DNA of 64,000 nt from a virus. Its lineage: Duplodnaviria; Heunggongvirae; Uroviricota; Caudoviricetes. The DNA is taken from IMG/VR virus record IMGVR_UViG_3300035696_000002. One strand, 5' to 3'. Shown here one piece after another: positions 56,144 to 64,000 of the stretch. Under the pieces are notes generated by a model that was not told the origin of the DNA, did not search any database, and saw nothing but the letters and a program-made list of their open reading frames with translations. Position 1 is the stretch's first letter. Each line of letters begins with the position of its first letter. The position numbers were made by a program, and so were the translations under genes.

Positions 56144-56685
56144 TGGTCAAGACTTGGACAAGACGGGCTGGGAATGCGATATTCGCAACGCGATGGGTGC
56201 TGTACCCCATCAACATGGGTCTGGTCGTTGCCCTGTTCCTGTACGTGCTGGCCTTCCTCGTGAACGACTACCGCTTCCTGCGGCACGATTTCACGTGGGA
56301 TATGGAATCGTTCATGGTCATGCTGCTTGGCCTCGTGGACGCCAGCATGGTCGCCAACCTGATCGTCATGGTGGTGCAGGGCGGGCACCAGATTTTCATT
56401 CACAAGTTTGACCTTCTGGACAAGAACGACCGTCCGCAGTGGATCGACCACATTGATTCTGGCATCCTCAAGGTGAAGATCGCTCTGTCCATCGCGGGCA
56501 TCACTCTGATCCAGATTCTCAAAGATTTCGTCAACATTGAGCGGGTTGACTGGACGCTCACAAAACACAGAATCATCATTCACCTTGTTGCCCTCGCTTC
56601 GGCTCTGATGATGGCCTTCATCTGGCGGGTCACGCACCCGGAATGGGCACACACAGGAGAGCAGCAACCACATGCGAACCATTAG
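56143..56685 (+). CDS. YqhA/UPF0114-family membrane protein
   Basis: RWVLYP, LVD...ANL, F..K, PQWI..ID.G.LKVK. Confidence 0.8.
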   Translation: MVKTWTRRAGNAIFATRWVLYPINMGLVVALFLYVLAFLVNDYRFLRHDFTWDMESFMVMLLGLVDASMVANLIVMVVQGGHQIFIHKFDLLDKNDRPQWIDHIDSGILKVKIALSIAGITLIQILKDFVNIERVDWTLTKHRIIIHLVALASALMMAFIWRVTHPEWAHTGEQQPHANH

Positions 56686-57100
56686 ACTCATTTTCCTGCT
56701 GGCCGGGTTGATGACCCTCGCGTCCTGTGATGGATGCGATACTCGTCACAAAGCGACCATTTACAAAACGAAGCAGCACCACATTGTCATGAAAGACGAT
56801 CAGGGCAAGTGGTACGAATACGTCCTGAACAACGCCGACATCGACTTTGACATCCCGTTCAACCCGCGAGGCGAAATGGTGCTGCCCAAGGGCGGAAGCT
56901 GGCGTCCAGCGACTATTCAGGAAGAGGAAGAAGTCACCGAGGAAGCTGAGGCTACGAACGCTGAGGAAACTACGGTGGACGAGACCGACGCCGGGGCAGT
57001 CGATGGGGCCGGAGACGTGGGCGGAGACTCCGGGGGTGCTGGTGGGGACGCTGGCGACGGCGGGGGTGGTGATGGTGGAGGCGGCGGGGATGGCGACTGA
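56672..57100 (+). CDS. putative lipoprotein with acidic Gly/Asp-rich tail
   Basis: signal peptide with LASC lipobox; GGD repeats. Confidence 0.65.
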   Translation: MRTIRLIFLLAGLMTLASCDGCDTRHKATIYKTKQHHIVMKDDQGKWYEYVLNNADIDFDIPFNPRGEMVLPKGGSWRPATIQEEEEVTEEAEATNAEETTVDETDAGAVDGAGDVGGDSGGAGGDAGDGGGGDGGGGGDGD

Positions 57101-57335
57101 GAAGCCCAAGTTCCCCGCGTTTGATGCCGATCTGGTGCGGGCCATGTTTGCCAACTGGAATCCCTTCCCTGACCGGGCATACTGCGAGAAGGTGGGCTGG
57201 ATCGTGAACTCAGATGGGACGGTGGATACGCCGGGCGGTATCCGCATCCCAACCCGCGAACTCTGCGAAGTGAAAGAACTCGAACAAATGTACGAGGTCG
57301 CCGATCTTGAGGAATTGTACAGTAAGGGGGAGTGA
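57090..57335 (+). CDS. hypothetical protein
   Basis: GGAGG RBS. Confidence 0.55.
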   Translation: MATEKPKFPAFDADLVRAMFANWNPFPDRAYCEKVGWIVNSDGTVDTPGGIRIPTRELCEVKELEQMYEVADLEELYSKGE

Positions 57336-57775
57336 TGGGACGTGTGATGAGTTGGGAGGAGGCCAAGAAGATGCCAGTAGCAACTGCTGGACTGTTGTTA
57401 TCGACTGCCAAGAAATTCGCCGAGGTTTTCGGCGTAGAGTTGACTGACGATGTCATCGACGATGCCGCCGAACGTATGCGTGTGACATACCAGTTCGAGT
57501 CTGCGACCACGATCCGCGACGCGAAAGCGATGTTCCACATTGAACAGAATCCGGGCAGTGTTCTCTTCGAGAACTCCCGAACCAAGTTTGTGACGACCAA
57601 CGGCACTGAGTTCTGGCAGTCCATCAAGCAGGTTGGAAAAGACACAACGCTCGGGGATTTCAAGGCGTTCATTGCTACGCTGATCGAGAAGCACGGAGCC
57701 GACAAGGAATTCTACATTGAGTCGGATCACGGCGACGAGTATTTCATTTTGAGAACTCAAACGCTGGAGCGATAA
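57335..57775 (+). CDS. hypothetical protein
   Basis: TGATG coupling. Confidence 0.65.
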   Translation: MGRVMSWEEAKKMPVATAGLLLSTAKKFAEVFGVELTDDVIDDAAERMRVTYQFESATTIRDAKAMFHIEQNPGSVLFENSRTKFVTTNGTEFWQSIKQVGKDTTLGDFKAFIATLIEKHGADKEFYIESDHGDEYFILRTQTLER

Positions 57776-57975
57776 TGCCTCCGGCCCGGATACGCGGTAC
57801 CAGACAAGTCGCGGACATCGAAGCTGTACGTCCGCTGGATGGCGATACTAAGGCTGTGGAACTTTTCCGAAAAGAACTGGCCGGGCACTTCACCGAGTGC
57901 ACCAACAATTGCGGCTGGTTCTTCAAGGTAAAATGCCCAAAGTGCTTGCCATCCAGTATTGATATACATGTCTGA
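57775..57975 (+). CDS. small Zn-ribbon protein
   Basis: CTNNC...CPKC. Confidence 0.45.
   Translation: MPPARIRGTRQVADIEAVRPLDGDTKAVELFRKELAGHFTECTNNCGWFFKVKCPKCLPSSIDIHV
57954..57967 (+). promoter_or_regulatory. class II motif CAGTATT-N7-ATG
   Basis: third exact-spacing copy. Confidence 0.5.
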
Positions 57976-58480
57976 GACTCCGAACGTAAACTTCAAGAAA
58001 ACAGCCGAAGCGGAAACACAATACAGCACCGGAGCCCAACGCGACAGTCGTGTAGGCAAAGGTGCTTTTCACTGGATGCCATGGGACGCCCTGTTCTGCG
58101 TCAGCCGCATCTACGAACTCGGCAACAAGGGCCGCAGTAAGACAGGAGATGGCAACGACCGGAACTGGGAAAACGGTATGCCGCTCATCGACCTGTTGCA
58201 GAGTGCCATCAACCACATTACAGCCCATATCGCGGGCGACCGGAGCGAGCCGCATATTTCGCAGGCGATCTGGAATTTGCTGAACTATATTCAGACCTCG
58301 ATTTGGGTGATTCTCGGCTTCCGCTCAAAAGAGTTGAACAAACTACCGAACCACAGGGCAAATTGGAAGCCCGGCGATCAGCCGCCTTCCCCACTGTCCC
58401 CACAAGAAATCGAATGGTTACAATTCAAAGGGGTCATCCCAAAAAATGAAGAAGCGGCGTCTACAAAAGCGGGTAGCTGA
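57968..58480 (+). CDS. dATP/dGTP diphosphohydrolase-like (DUF5664)
   Basis: TGAQRD..GKG, RNWENG, SAINH, D.SE.H...A.WN. Confidence 0.75.
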   Translation: MSETPNVNFKKTAEAETQYSTGAQRDSRVGKGAFHWMPWDALFCVSRIYELGNKGRSKTGDGNDRNWENGMPLIDLLQSAINHITAHIAGDRSEPHISQAIWNLLNYIQTSIWVILGFRSKELNKLPNHRANWKPGDQPPSPLSPQEIEWLQFKGVIPKNEEAASTKAGS

Positions 58481-58658
58481 AATCGGGGAGATGCACGACA
58501 AGCTCACCCACTTGCTGGCCAAGGCCCCCAGTAACTCCGCTCAGTACCACTTTCTTTTCGGGGCTTTTCGTGCGATCCAATGGGTGCTGGGGTTCGATGC
58601 GTATATGGTTGGCCCCAAGTTCGAAGAGTCGATTGAAGACAGTCGAAAGCGTTTCTAA
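58446..58658 (+). CDS. hypothetical protein
   Basis: ORF track. Confidence 0.5.
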   Translation: MKKRRLQKRVAEIGEMHDKLTHLLAKAPSNSAQYHFLFGAFRAIQWVLGFDAYMVGPKFEESIEDSRKRF

Positions 58659-58665
58659 CCTATCG

Positions 58666-58681
58666 GCCTCTTTAGTGAGGC
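58666..58681 (+). promoter_or_regulatory. RBS-sequestering hairpin
   Basis: GCCTC-TTTAGT-GAGGC, 3 nt before ATG. Confidence 0.45.
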
Positions 58682-58684
58682 ACT

Positions 58685-59584
58685 ATGACGTTCCAGAACC
58701 CCCTGTTAAATGGCAAATTTGCCATTGAAGCTGCATATATCAGCGAGTCCGGCGAGGCCTTTCTCGTCACCGCCGACGCCTACTATCTGACCAAAGTTTC
58801 GAAGAAACCTCCTGAGGAATCCAAGGTCACGAAGCTCATGCTGTCGCATGGCTGGAAGATGACGCAAGGCAACAAAGCATTTTTGATCTTCAAACAGCCC
58901 GGCTACCCGGCTGGCGAGTTGATGGTCGTTCGCGGCACCAAGAAGTGGTTCTGGGATATTGAGGGTGAGCAGGAAGCCATCGCCGAGGGACAGGGCTTGG
59001 ACAGCCTAGCCGCCGCAATCGAGAACGGCACCATCGGCAAGCCCAAGGCTAAGGCCATGCACGCCTCGAACCCCGCCATTAAGAGCAATGCACCCGGCGA
59101 TCATCACGAAGAGATGACGATGGAAGACGCTCTCCCAGAGCACAAGGTTGGGCGTATACCGGGCATCGAGAACATCAAGTCAGACCGTCAATTCCGGGAT
59201 TTCATCCGCGATAAAAAAGAGAAAGAAGCTCGCGAGGTTATGCACGATGACTCTGGAGCCCAGACCGGGCTGCGGATGCGGCCCGATTACGGCGAATCGG
59301 ACTCTTACTCCGTGCAGATGAACGAGGCAAACTCCAAGGGTGCCTGCATCACTATCGAAGGCGGCTTCAAGTCCAAGGGAGCCACGATCAAGACGCCCAT
59401 GTACGTATCCGGGGTCGATTTTGTTCCCGGCGACGCCCTGAAAATTGCGAAATTCGTTTACAGTCCTGATCCGACAAAGGCCCTCCGCCTGCCCCGGCTC
59501 ACCGCCGCTGCCGTCAGTGCCCAGCTAAACGGCCCCGACTTCCGCCTCAAATCCAGCGTAATCAGCACCGTAAAAGCACAGTAG
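58685..59584 (+). CDS. hypothetical protein
   Basis: 299-aa ORF. Confidence 0.7.
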   Translation: MTFQNPLLNGKFAIEAAYISESGEAFLVTADAYYLTKVSKKPPEESKVTKLMLSHGWKMTQGNKAFLIFKQPGYPAGELMVVRGTKKWFWDIEGEQEAIAEGQGLDSLAAAIENGTIGKPKAKAMHASNPAIKSNAPGDHHEEMTMEDALPEHKVGRIPGIENIKSDRQFRDFIRDKKEKEAREVMHDDSGAQTGLRMRPDYGESDSYSVQMNEANSKGACITIEGGFKSKGATIKTPMYVSGVDFVPGDALKIAKFVYSPDPTKALRLPRLTAAAVSAQLNGPDFRLKSSVISTVKAQ

Positions 59585-59611
59585 ACAAACAGCCCCATTC
59601 CCGCCTATAAT
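59582..59611 (+). promoter_or_regulatory. sigma70-type promoter
   Basis: TAGACA-N18-TATAAT. Confidence 0.6.
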
Positions 59612-59619
59612 ACTGAGGA

Positions 59620-60177
59620 ATGGAGAATTTGTCACAGGCTATTGGTCAAGCCGTAGTCGCCCATCGTGACCAGATGGACACGGATGGTATGCCCCACATT
59701 GTTCACGTGCTGCGGGTAATGCTGGCCGTCGCAAAAGAATTCAAAGCAAACCCGATCCCCGGTTTCACTCTCGAAGAGATGATGATCGCTGCCGTCCTCC
59801 ACGATGTAGTCGAGGATTCGGACATCACCCTTGATGCCCTACAGTGGTCTTATGGTGAGAACGTGCGGGACATCGTTGACGGCCTCTCTCGCCGCAAGCA
59901 CGGCCCCGACAACAAGGAATCCTATCGCGATTTCATCTATCGTGCGAAGAAACATGCCGCAGTCAGATTCATCAAAACTGCCGATCTTCTCGACAATTTG
60001 AATCGGCTGACGCCGGACAAAGCCGGGATGGAAAAGCGGTACTCAATCGCTCTCTCCGTTCTCAACGACGAAGATGAGCCATCGTGGGAAGAGGCTGGAC
60101 GTTTGTTTCGCGACGGCCACATGTACGTTCCCGACCCGGAAGGCAAATTGAAGAAGGTTGTCCCCAACAAGGAGTAG
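59620..60177 (+). CDS. RelA/SpoT-type HD hydrolase (small alarmone hydrolase-like)
   Basis: AH..Q, P.I.H, AAVLHDVVED, IKTADLLDN. Confidence 0.85.
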   Translation: MENLSQAIGQAVVAHRDQMDTDGMPHIVHVLRVMLAVAKEFKANPIPGFTLEEMMIAAVLHDVVEDSDITLDALQWSYGENVRDIVDGLSRRKHGPDNKESYRDFIYRAKKHAAVRFIKTADLLDNLNRLTPDKAGMEKRYSIALSVLNDEDEPSWEEAGRLFRDGHMYVPDPEGKLKKVVPNKE

Positions 60178-60179
60178 TC

Positions 60180-60503
60180 ATGGCGATCAAAGAAGTCAAG
60201 TACACGGCAATCATCATTGAAAGCGAACGCGGTTGGGGCCGCAAGATCGACGAGGTCAAGGAATTCGACACGGAAAAAGAACGCGACGATTTCGTCAAGA
60301 AATTCAACAGCAAAAACCCGCCCGGCCCGGCACCTGACTGGTACATGATCGCCGAAAAGGGCGACGACGTTATCAAGGATGCCGATGCGGAGACGATCCG
60401 CAAGGCAGGGGCCTTGATTCCGAAAGAGGAGTTCCACACTGTTGTGGACACCAAGAAGATTGATCTCATCAACGGGGTGATACCAGATGTCGAAGAGCAA
60501 TGA
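60180..60503 (+). CDS. hypothetical protein
   Basis: AAGGAG RBS. Confidence 0.65.
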   Translation: MAIKEVKYTAIIIESERGWGRKIDEVKEFDTEKERDDFVKKFNSKNPPGPAPDWYMIAEKGDDVIKDADAETIRKAGALIPKEEFHTVVDTKKIDLINGVIPDVEEQ

Positions 60504-60876
60504 ACGACACGTTGTGTGCATCGTCAAAGCGAACGTGCACGGCAAAGACACCTACAATCTCCTGACCACCGACGCAGTCGAGGGGACGTGGACGATCCGG
60601 GGCTGGAAGACTTCAAAAGAAGCCCTTGAGTATTGGGAGGGTGCCTATCGCCGGGCTCATGCCCGGAGCTACGAAGGCTCCATGTCGGCGTGTCTGAACT
60701 TCATCTCGTTCAATCCCTCGATTCTTGAATTGACCCTCGACGAAATCGCACCACTGATCGCGGGTGATCGTCGTGTGGTGAACCTGTACACAAACTCTGG
60801 CAGCATTGATGCTGTCGTGCTCAACAACAAAGCGGCTGCCTTTTGGGAACGTGGCAGCAAACCAGCATTGATCTGA
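60487..60876 (+). CDS. hypothetical protein
   Basis: ORF track. Confidence 0.6.
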   Translation: MSKSNERHVVCIVKANVHGKDTYNLLTTDAVEGTWTIRGWKTSKEALEYWEGAYRRAHARSYEGSMSACLNFISFNPSILELTLDEIAPLIAGDRRVVNLYTNSGSIDAVVLNNKAAAFWERGSKPALI

Positions 60877-60886
60877 TCGGAGACGA

Positions 60887-61372
60887 ATGTACCGTTTCGT
60901 GGTGGAAGGATTCATCAAAGGGTACGAACGCCGGGGCCTCTTTCCAATCCCGGACGTGCTCAGTCATATTGGCGAGAACACCCCGGTGTTCGAGGGCGAC
61001 ATCGTTCCGGTGGTCTCATTGCGGTACATGGTGTTCAAGCGGTCGCTGGTGTGTGTAAGCTGCGGCCTCGAAGGCCAGTACTTCGCGAAGGAACGTTCGG
61101 CTCGGGCGATTTGGGGCAAGAAAGAACTGAGCGGCAAGTTCCTCGGTTATCGCCCGGCGACACAGTCTTGGCACTTCAACCTGTACGGGATCGACTTCAA
61201 CGGGAATGAAGTGATGCTGACGAAGGATCACATTATCCCCCGCTCGAAGGGCGGCAAAGAAGATTTGGACAACTTGCAGACCATGTGTGCGATCTGCAAC
61301 TGCAAGAAGGCCGATAATCCTGACTGGCAATACCGGATCAATTGGCCCGGAGGGTTTGACATTGGCAAATAG
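60887..61372 (+). CDS. HNH endonuclease
   Basis: CVSCG...TKDHIIPRSKGG...NLQTMCAICN..K. Confidence 0.9.
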   Translation: MYRFVVEGFIKGYERRGLFPIPDVLSHIGENTPVFEGDIVPVVSLRYMVFKRSLVCVSCGLEGQYFAKERSARAIWGKKELSGKFLGYRPATQSWHFNLYGIDFNGNEVMLTKDHIIPRSKGGKEDLDNLQTMCAICNCKKADNPDWQYRINWPGGFDIGK

Positions 61373-63488
61373 CGAAGTCGAGAAGTACGTTACAGACCTG
61401 ACCGCCTACCTACAGGCCGCACGCGACGCCTACTACAAGGCGAATGCCCCCATCATTTCTGATGAGGAGTATGACAAGCAGGAACGCCTCCTCCACAAAA
61501 CGATCCAGAAGTACCCGGAATACGCCGCCATAGCGGCCCCAATTCTCCAGCGAGTCGGTAGCGACATCGTGGCTGGTGGGCGTGTGAAACACACGACGCC
61601 GATGCTCTCCATCGAGAACAAGTACGATGAGAAAGAAGTCACTGGCTGGTTCGTAGACCTGCCGCCCGGCACTGTCCTTTGCGAAGAGCCCAAGTTCGAC
61701 GGCATCTCAGTGGAACTCCGCTACAAGAACCGTGAACTTGTGCAAGCTGTCACTCGCGGTACCGGGGTTGAAGGCGAAGACATCACGCAACAGATCATGG
61801 TCGTGGAATCCATCCCCAAGAAGCTGAACTTGGATTACCGTTTCTCCGAACGGCTCCAGATTCGCGGCGAACTGGTGATGAAGAACTCGACGCTGGAACG
61901 CATCAACGCTGAGGCACGCCGCACAGGCGGCAAAGAGTACTCCAGCACCCGCAACCTGACTGGCGGCACCATGAAGCTGCACGATCTGAATCTGGTTCGC
62001 GACCGCGAAATCCAGATGCGGCCATGGGACGTACTCGGCGGACACGATCTGCCGGACAGCGGCCTCGAACGACTCAGGGAGATCGCTAAGGAAGGGTTCC
62101 CGGAGCCATTAGGGGTGCTCGTTTCTGACGCGGCTTCCGTCGCCTCTGTCCTGAAACAAAAGCTGGCTGAACGTGACACCGTTCTCCGGCAGCAGATGTC
62201 GCTTGAAACCGATGGTGTGGTCATCAAGGTTGACAGCCACAAACTGCGTAAGGAACTCGGCGTCAGCAGCAAGTACACGAACTACCAGATTTGCTTCAAG
62301 CCGCAGTCGGCATCCGGCACCACCTACCTCCGGGCAGTGACGTGGCAGGTTGGCCGCACAGGCAAACTCTCTCCGGTCGCTGAATGTGATTCGGTTATCC
62401 TCGCCGGAGCCAAGATCGAACGTGCGAACCTGAACAACATTAGCTGGATCACCACCATGGGCCTGAAACTCGGGGCCAAGGTGGAAATGCTCCGTTCTGG
62501 TGACGTGATTCCGCAGGTTGTGAAGGTAATCGACGAGGGCGATGAGCCAATCCTGCCGCCGACGAACTGCCCCGAATGTCAGAGCCCGATAGAGGTTCTG
62601 AACGAGGAGCGATCCGGCATCACCACGCACTGGTGCGAGAACAAACTTTGTCCCGGTCGCATCACGGAACTGTTCACGTACATTGCCAGCCGCGACATGC
62701 TGGAGATCGACGGCCTCGGGCCGGAAATGGCCAAATTTATTGCAAAAAACGGGTACGCCCGTGATCTTGCTGAGTTGTTCTCATTCCAAACCGAGGCACT
62801 ATGCGGGCTGACAGACTTAGGCGAAGAGAAGTTCGAGCGGGGGATGGTGAAGCGTGGTTTCGGCGGGGCTGCCGTCCTCAAGATGATTCGATCCATGGAG
62901 AAGGCGAAGAAGGCGGGCTGGGATCGCTGGATCGCCGCACTCGGAATTCCAATGATCGGCAGGACTCACGGCAAGGCGATAGCCAAGGCCCTGTTCCTAC
63001 AACCTGACTCCATGGAGAAGCTGACGACAATGCTGGAGGTCGTCAACACCAAGGAAGTCGAAGGCCTCGGCCCAAGCCGCAAGGAGTCGATTCTGGCGTG
63101 GGCACGCGACGCCGCACATGTGCGGGTCTGCAAGGAACTGTTCACCGCTGGCGTCCGCCCGGCGTCCGTGGGCGGCACTCAGGTGGTCTCTGGGGCACCG
63201 CTGGTTGGTGTCGTGTTCTGCGTGACAGGTGAGCGGGCCGAAATGGACAAAGACCTTCTGGCGGCGAAGCTGGAAAGCCTCGGGGCCGTGAAGAAGTCCG
63301 GCGTCTCGAAGAAAGTCACGCATCTGATTAAACTAGATTCGCCGGGGCACAATAAACTAGCGTATGCACAGGAATTGATCGCCGCTGGCGTCAAGATCGA
63401 GATCGTAGGCTGGGATTGGGTGCTGAAAGCATTTGAATCGGGCGGCATCGAATCGCCGAAAGAGACCTTTGAGATGGAGGAAGTGTGA
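61362..63488 (+). CDS. ligA: NAD-dependent DNA ligase
   Basis: AYY..ISDEEYD, EPKFDG, TRG.G.GEDIT, DGVVIK, QVGRTG, SGDVIP, Zn finger, HhH, BRCT; TTG start after GGAGG. Confidence 0.95.
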   Translation: MANSEVEKYVTDLTAYLQAARDAYYKANAPIISDEEYDKQERLLHKTIQKYPEYAAIAAPILQRVGSDIVAGGRVKHTTPMLSIENKYDEKEVTGWFVDLPPGTVLCEEPKFDGISVELRYKNRELVQAVTRGTGVEGEDITQQIMVVESIPKKLNLDYRFSERLQIRGELVMKNSTLERINAEARRTGGKEYSSTRNLTGGTMKLHDLNLVRDREIQMRPWDVLGGHDLPDSGLERLREIAKEGFPEPLGVLVSDAASVASVLKQKLAERDTVLRQQMSLETDGVVIKVDSHKLRKELGVSSKYTNYQICFKPQSASGTTYLRAVTWQVGRTGKLSPVAECDSVILAGAKIERANLNNISWITTMGLKLGAKVEMLRSGDVIPQVVKVIDEGDEPILPPTNCPECQSPIEVLNEERSGITTHWCENKLCPGRITELFTYIASRDMLEIDGLGPEMAKFIAKNGYARDLAELFSFQTEALCGLTDLGEEKFERGMVKRGFGGAAVLKMIRSMEKAKKAGWDRWIAALGIPMIGRTHGKAIAKALFLQPDSMEKLTTMLEVVNTKEVEGLGPSRKESILAWARDAAHVRVCKELFTAGVRPASVGGTQVVSGAPLVGVVFCVTGERAEMDKDLLAAKLESLGAVKKSGVSKKVTHLIKLDSPGHNKLAYAQELIAAGVKIEIVGWDWVLKAFESGGIESPKETFEMEEV

Positions 63489-63553
63489 AGAAGCTATCCG
63501 AATTGCTTTGGATCAGCGTAGCCGCCATCCCTGTGGCCCTGCTCCTCGTCGAG

Positions 63554-63582
63554 TTGACAAAACTCCAAGCGTTAGCGATAAT
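63554..63582 (+). promoter_or_regulatory. sigma70-type promoter
   Basis: TTGACA-N17-GATAAT. Confidence 0.7.
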
Positions 63583-63597
63583 GGTGAGGAGGTAGAT

Positions 63598-63777
63598 ATG
63601 AGATATTACGAATTGAAAGGTTCTGGCAGACTAGCCGAAATCACCGAGGGCGAGTACGAATTCGTCATGCGGAAAGCAGTACGCCTCGCGTTTCACGAAG
63701 AGATGCGGACGCCCATGCACGGCTTCAACTACCTCGGTGTGGCGTACATCTGCTTGGAGGGAGAGCCGAGGTACTGA
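63598..63777 (+). CDS. hypothetical protein
   Basis: AGGAGG RBS. Confidence 0.6.
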   Translation: MRYYELKGSGRLAEITEGEYEFVMRKAVRLAFHEEMRTPMHGFNYLGVAYICLEGEPRY

Positions 63778-64000
63778 TGACAGGCAAACTCACAGCACGC
63801 ACTTGGAATCGCGGCGAAGAGCCCGTGGATTTCGTGTGGGACGGCACCTTCAAGTTCGACGATGTCATTGAGGGTGTACGTGTGCTCCTCGAAACCAAGG
63901 ACTTTGCAAAGATCGTGGATGCGGAGAACAAAGTCATCCTCTACTACCGGGCCTTTACCGACCCGTACCGAGGCCGTCTGACCGCATGCGGTATGAGCGT
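63777..64000 (+). CDS. hypothetical protein, 3' truncated by window edge
   Basis: TGATG coupling; open to the end. Confidence 0.55.
   Translation, partial: MTGKLTARTWNRGEEPVDFVWDGTFKFDDVIEGVRVLLETKDFAKIVDAENKVILYYRAFTDPYRGRLTACGMS

Noticed and set aside
56990-57100. GGC/GAT-rich low-complexity tract as a DNA repeat element
   Set aside because: Simply encodes the Gly/Asp tail of the lipoprotein
1-64000. Stop-codon reassignment, introns or inteins
   Set aside because: Conserved enzymes are full length under the standard code, TAA, TAG and TGA all end genes with coupled downstream starts, and no split genes were seen

Overview
A 64-kb segment of a large (jumbo-type) lytic phage genome. It holds roughly 140 tightly packed, mostly short ORFs, nearly all on the + strand, with no structural, rRNA, tRNA or CRISPR features seen. 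Recognisable genes cover RNA repair and translation (T4 Pnk-like kinase/phosphatase, Rnl1-like RNA ligase, CCA-adding enzyme, Thg1, peptide deformylase, a GGQ release-factor-like protein, a truncated class II aaRS-like core). They also cover nucleotide metabolism (ThyX, dCMP deaminase, MazG-like, dATP/dGTP diphosphohydrolase-like, three HD proteins), DNA metabolism (SNF2 helicase, NAD-dependent ligase, two HNH proteins) and Fe-S assembly (IscA, IscU). The most notable signals are four. (1) Two covarying copies of a 73-83 nt structured RNA sit directly upstream of a 759-aa helical+TerD protein, a candidate phage Ro/Y-RNA-like ribonucleoprotein. (2) An unannotated 29-aa membrane peptide on the minus strand has a perfect sigma-54 promoter and enhancer-like repeats. 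(3) A nicotianamine-synthase-like domain is coupled to IscA. (4) Three recurring classes of phage regulatory motif occur: two promoter types giving leaderless mRNAs, plus RBS-sequestering hairpins. All family assignments come from recognising motifs by eye; no database searches were run.
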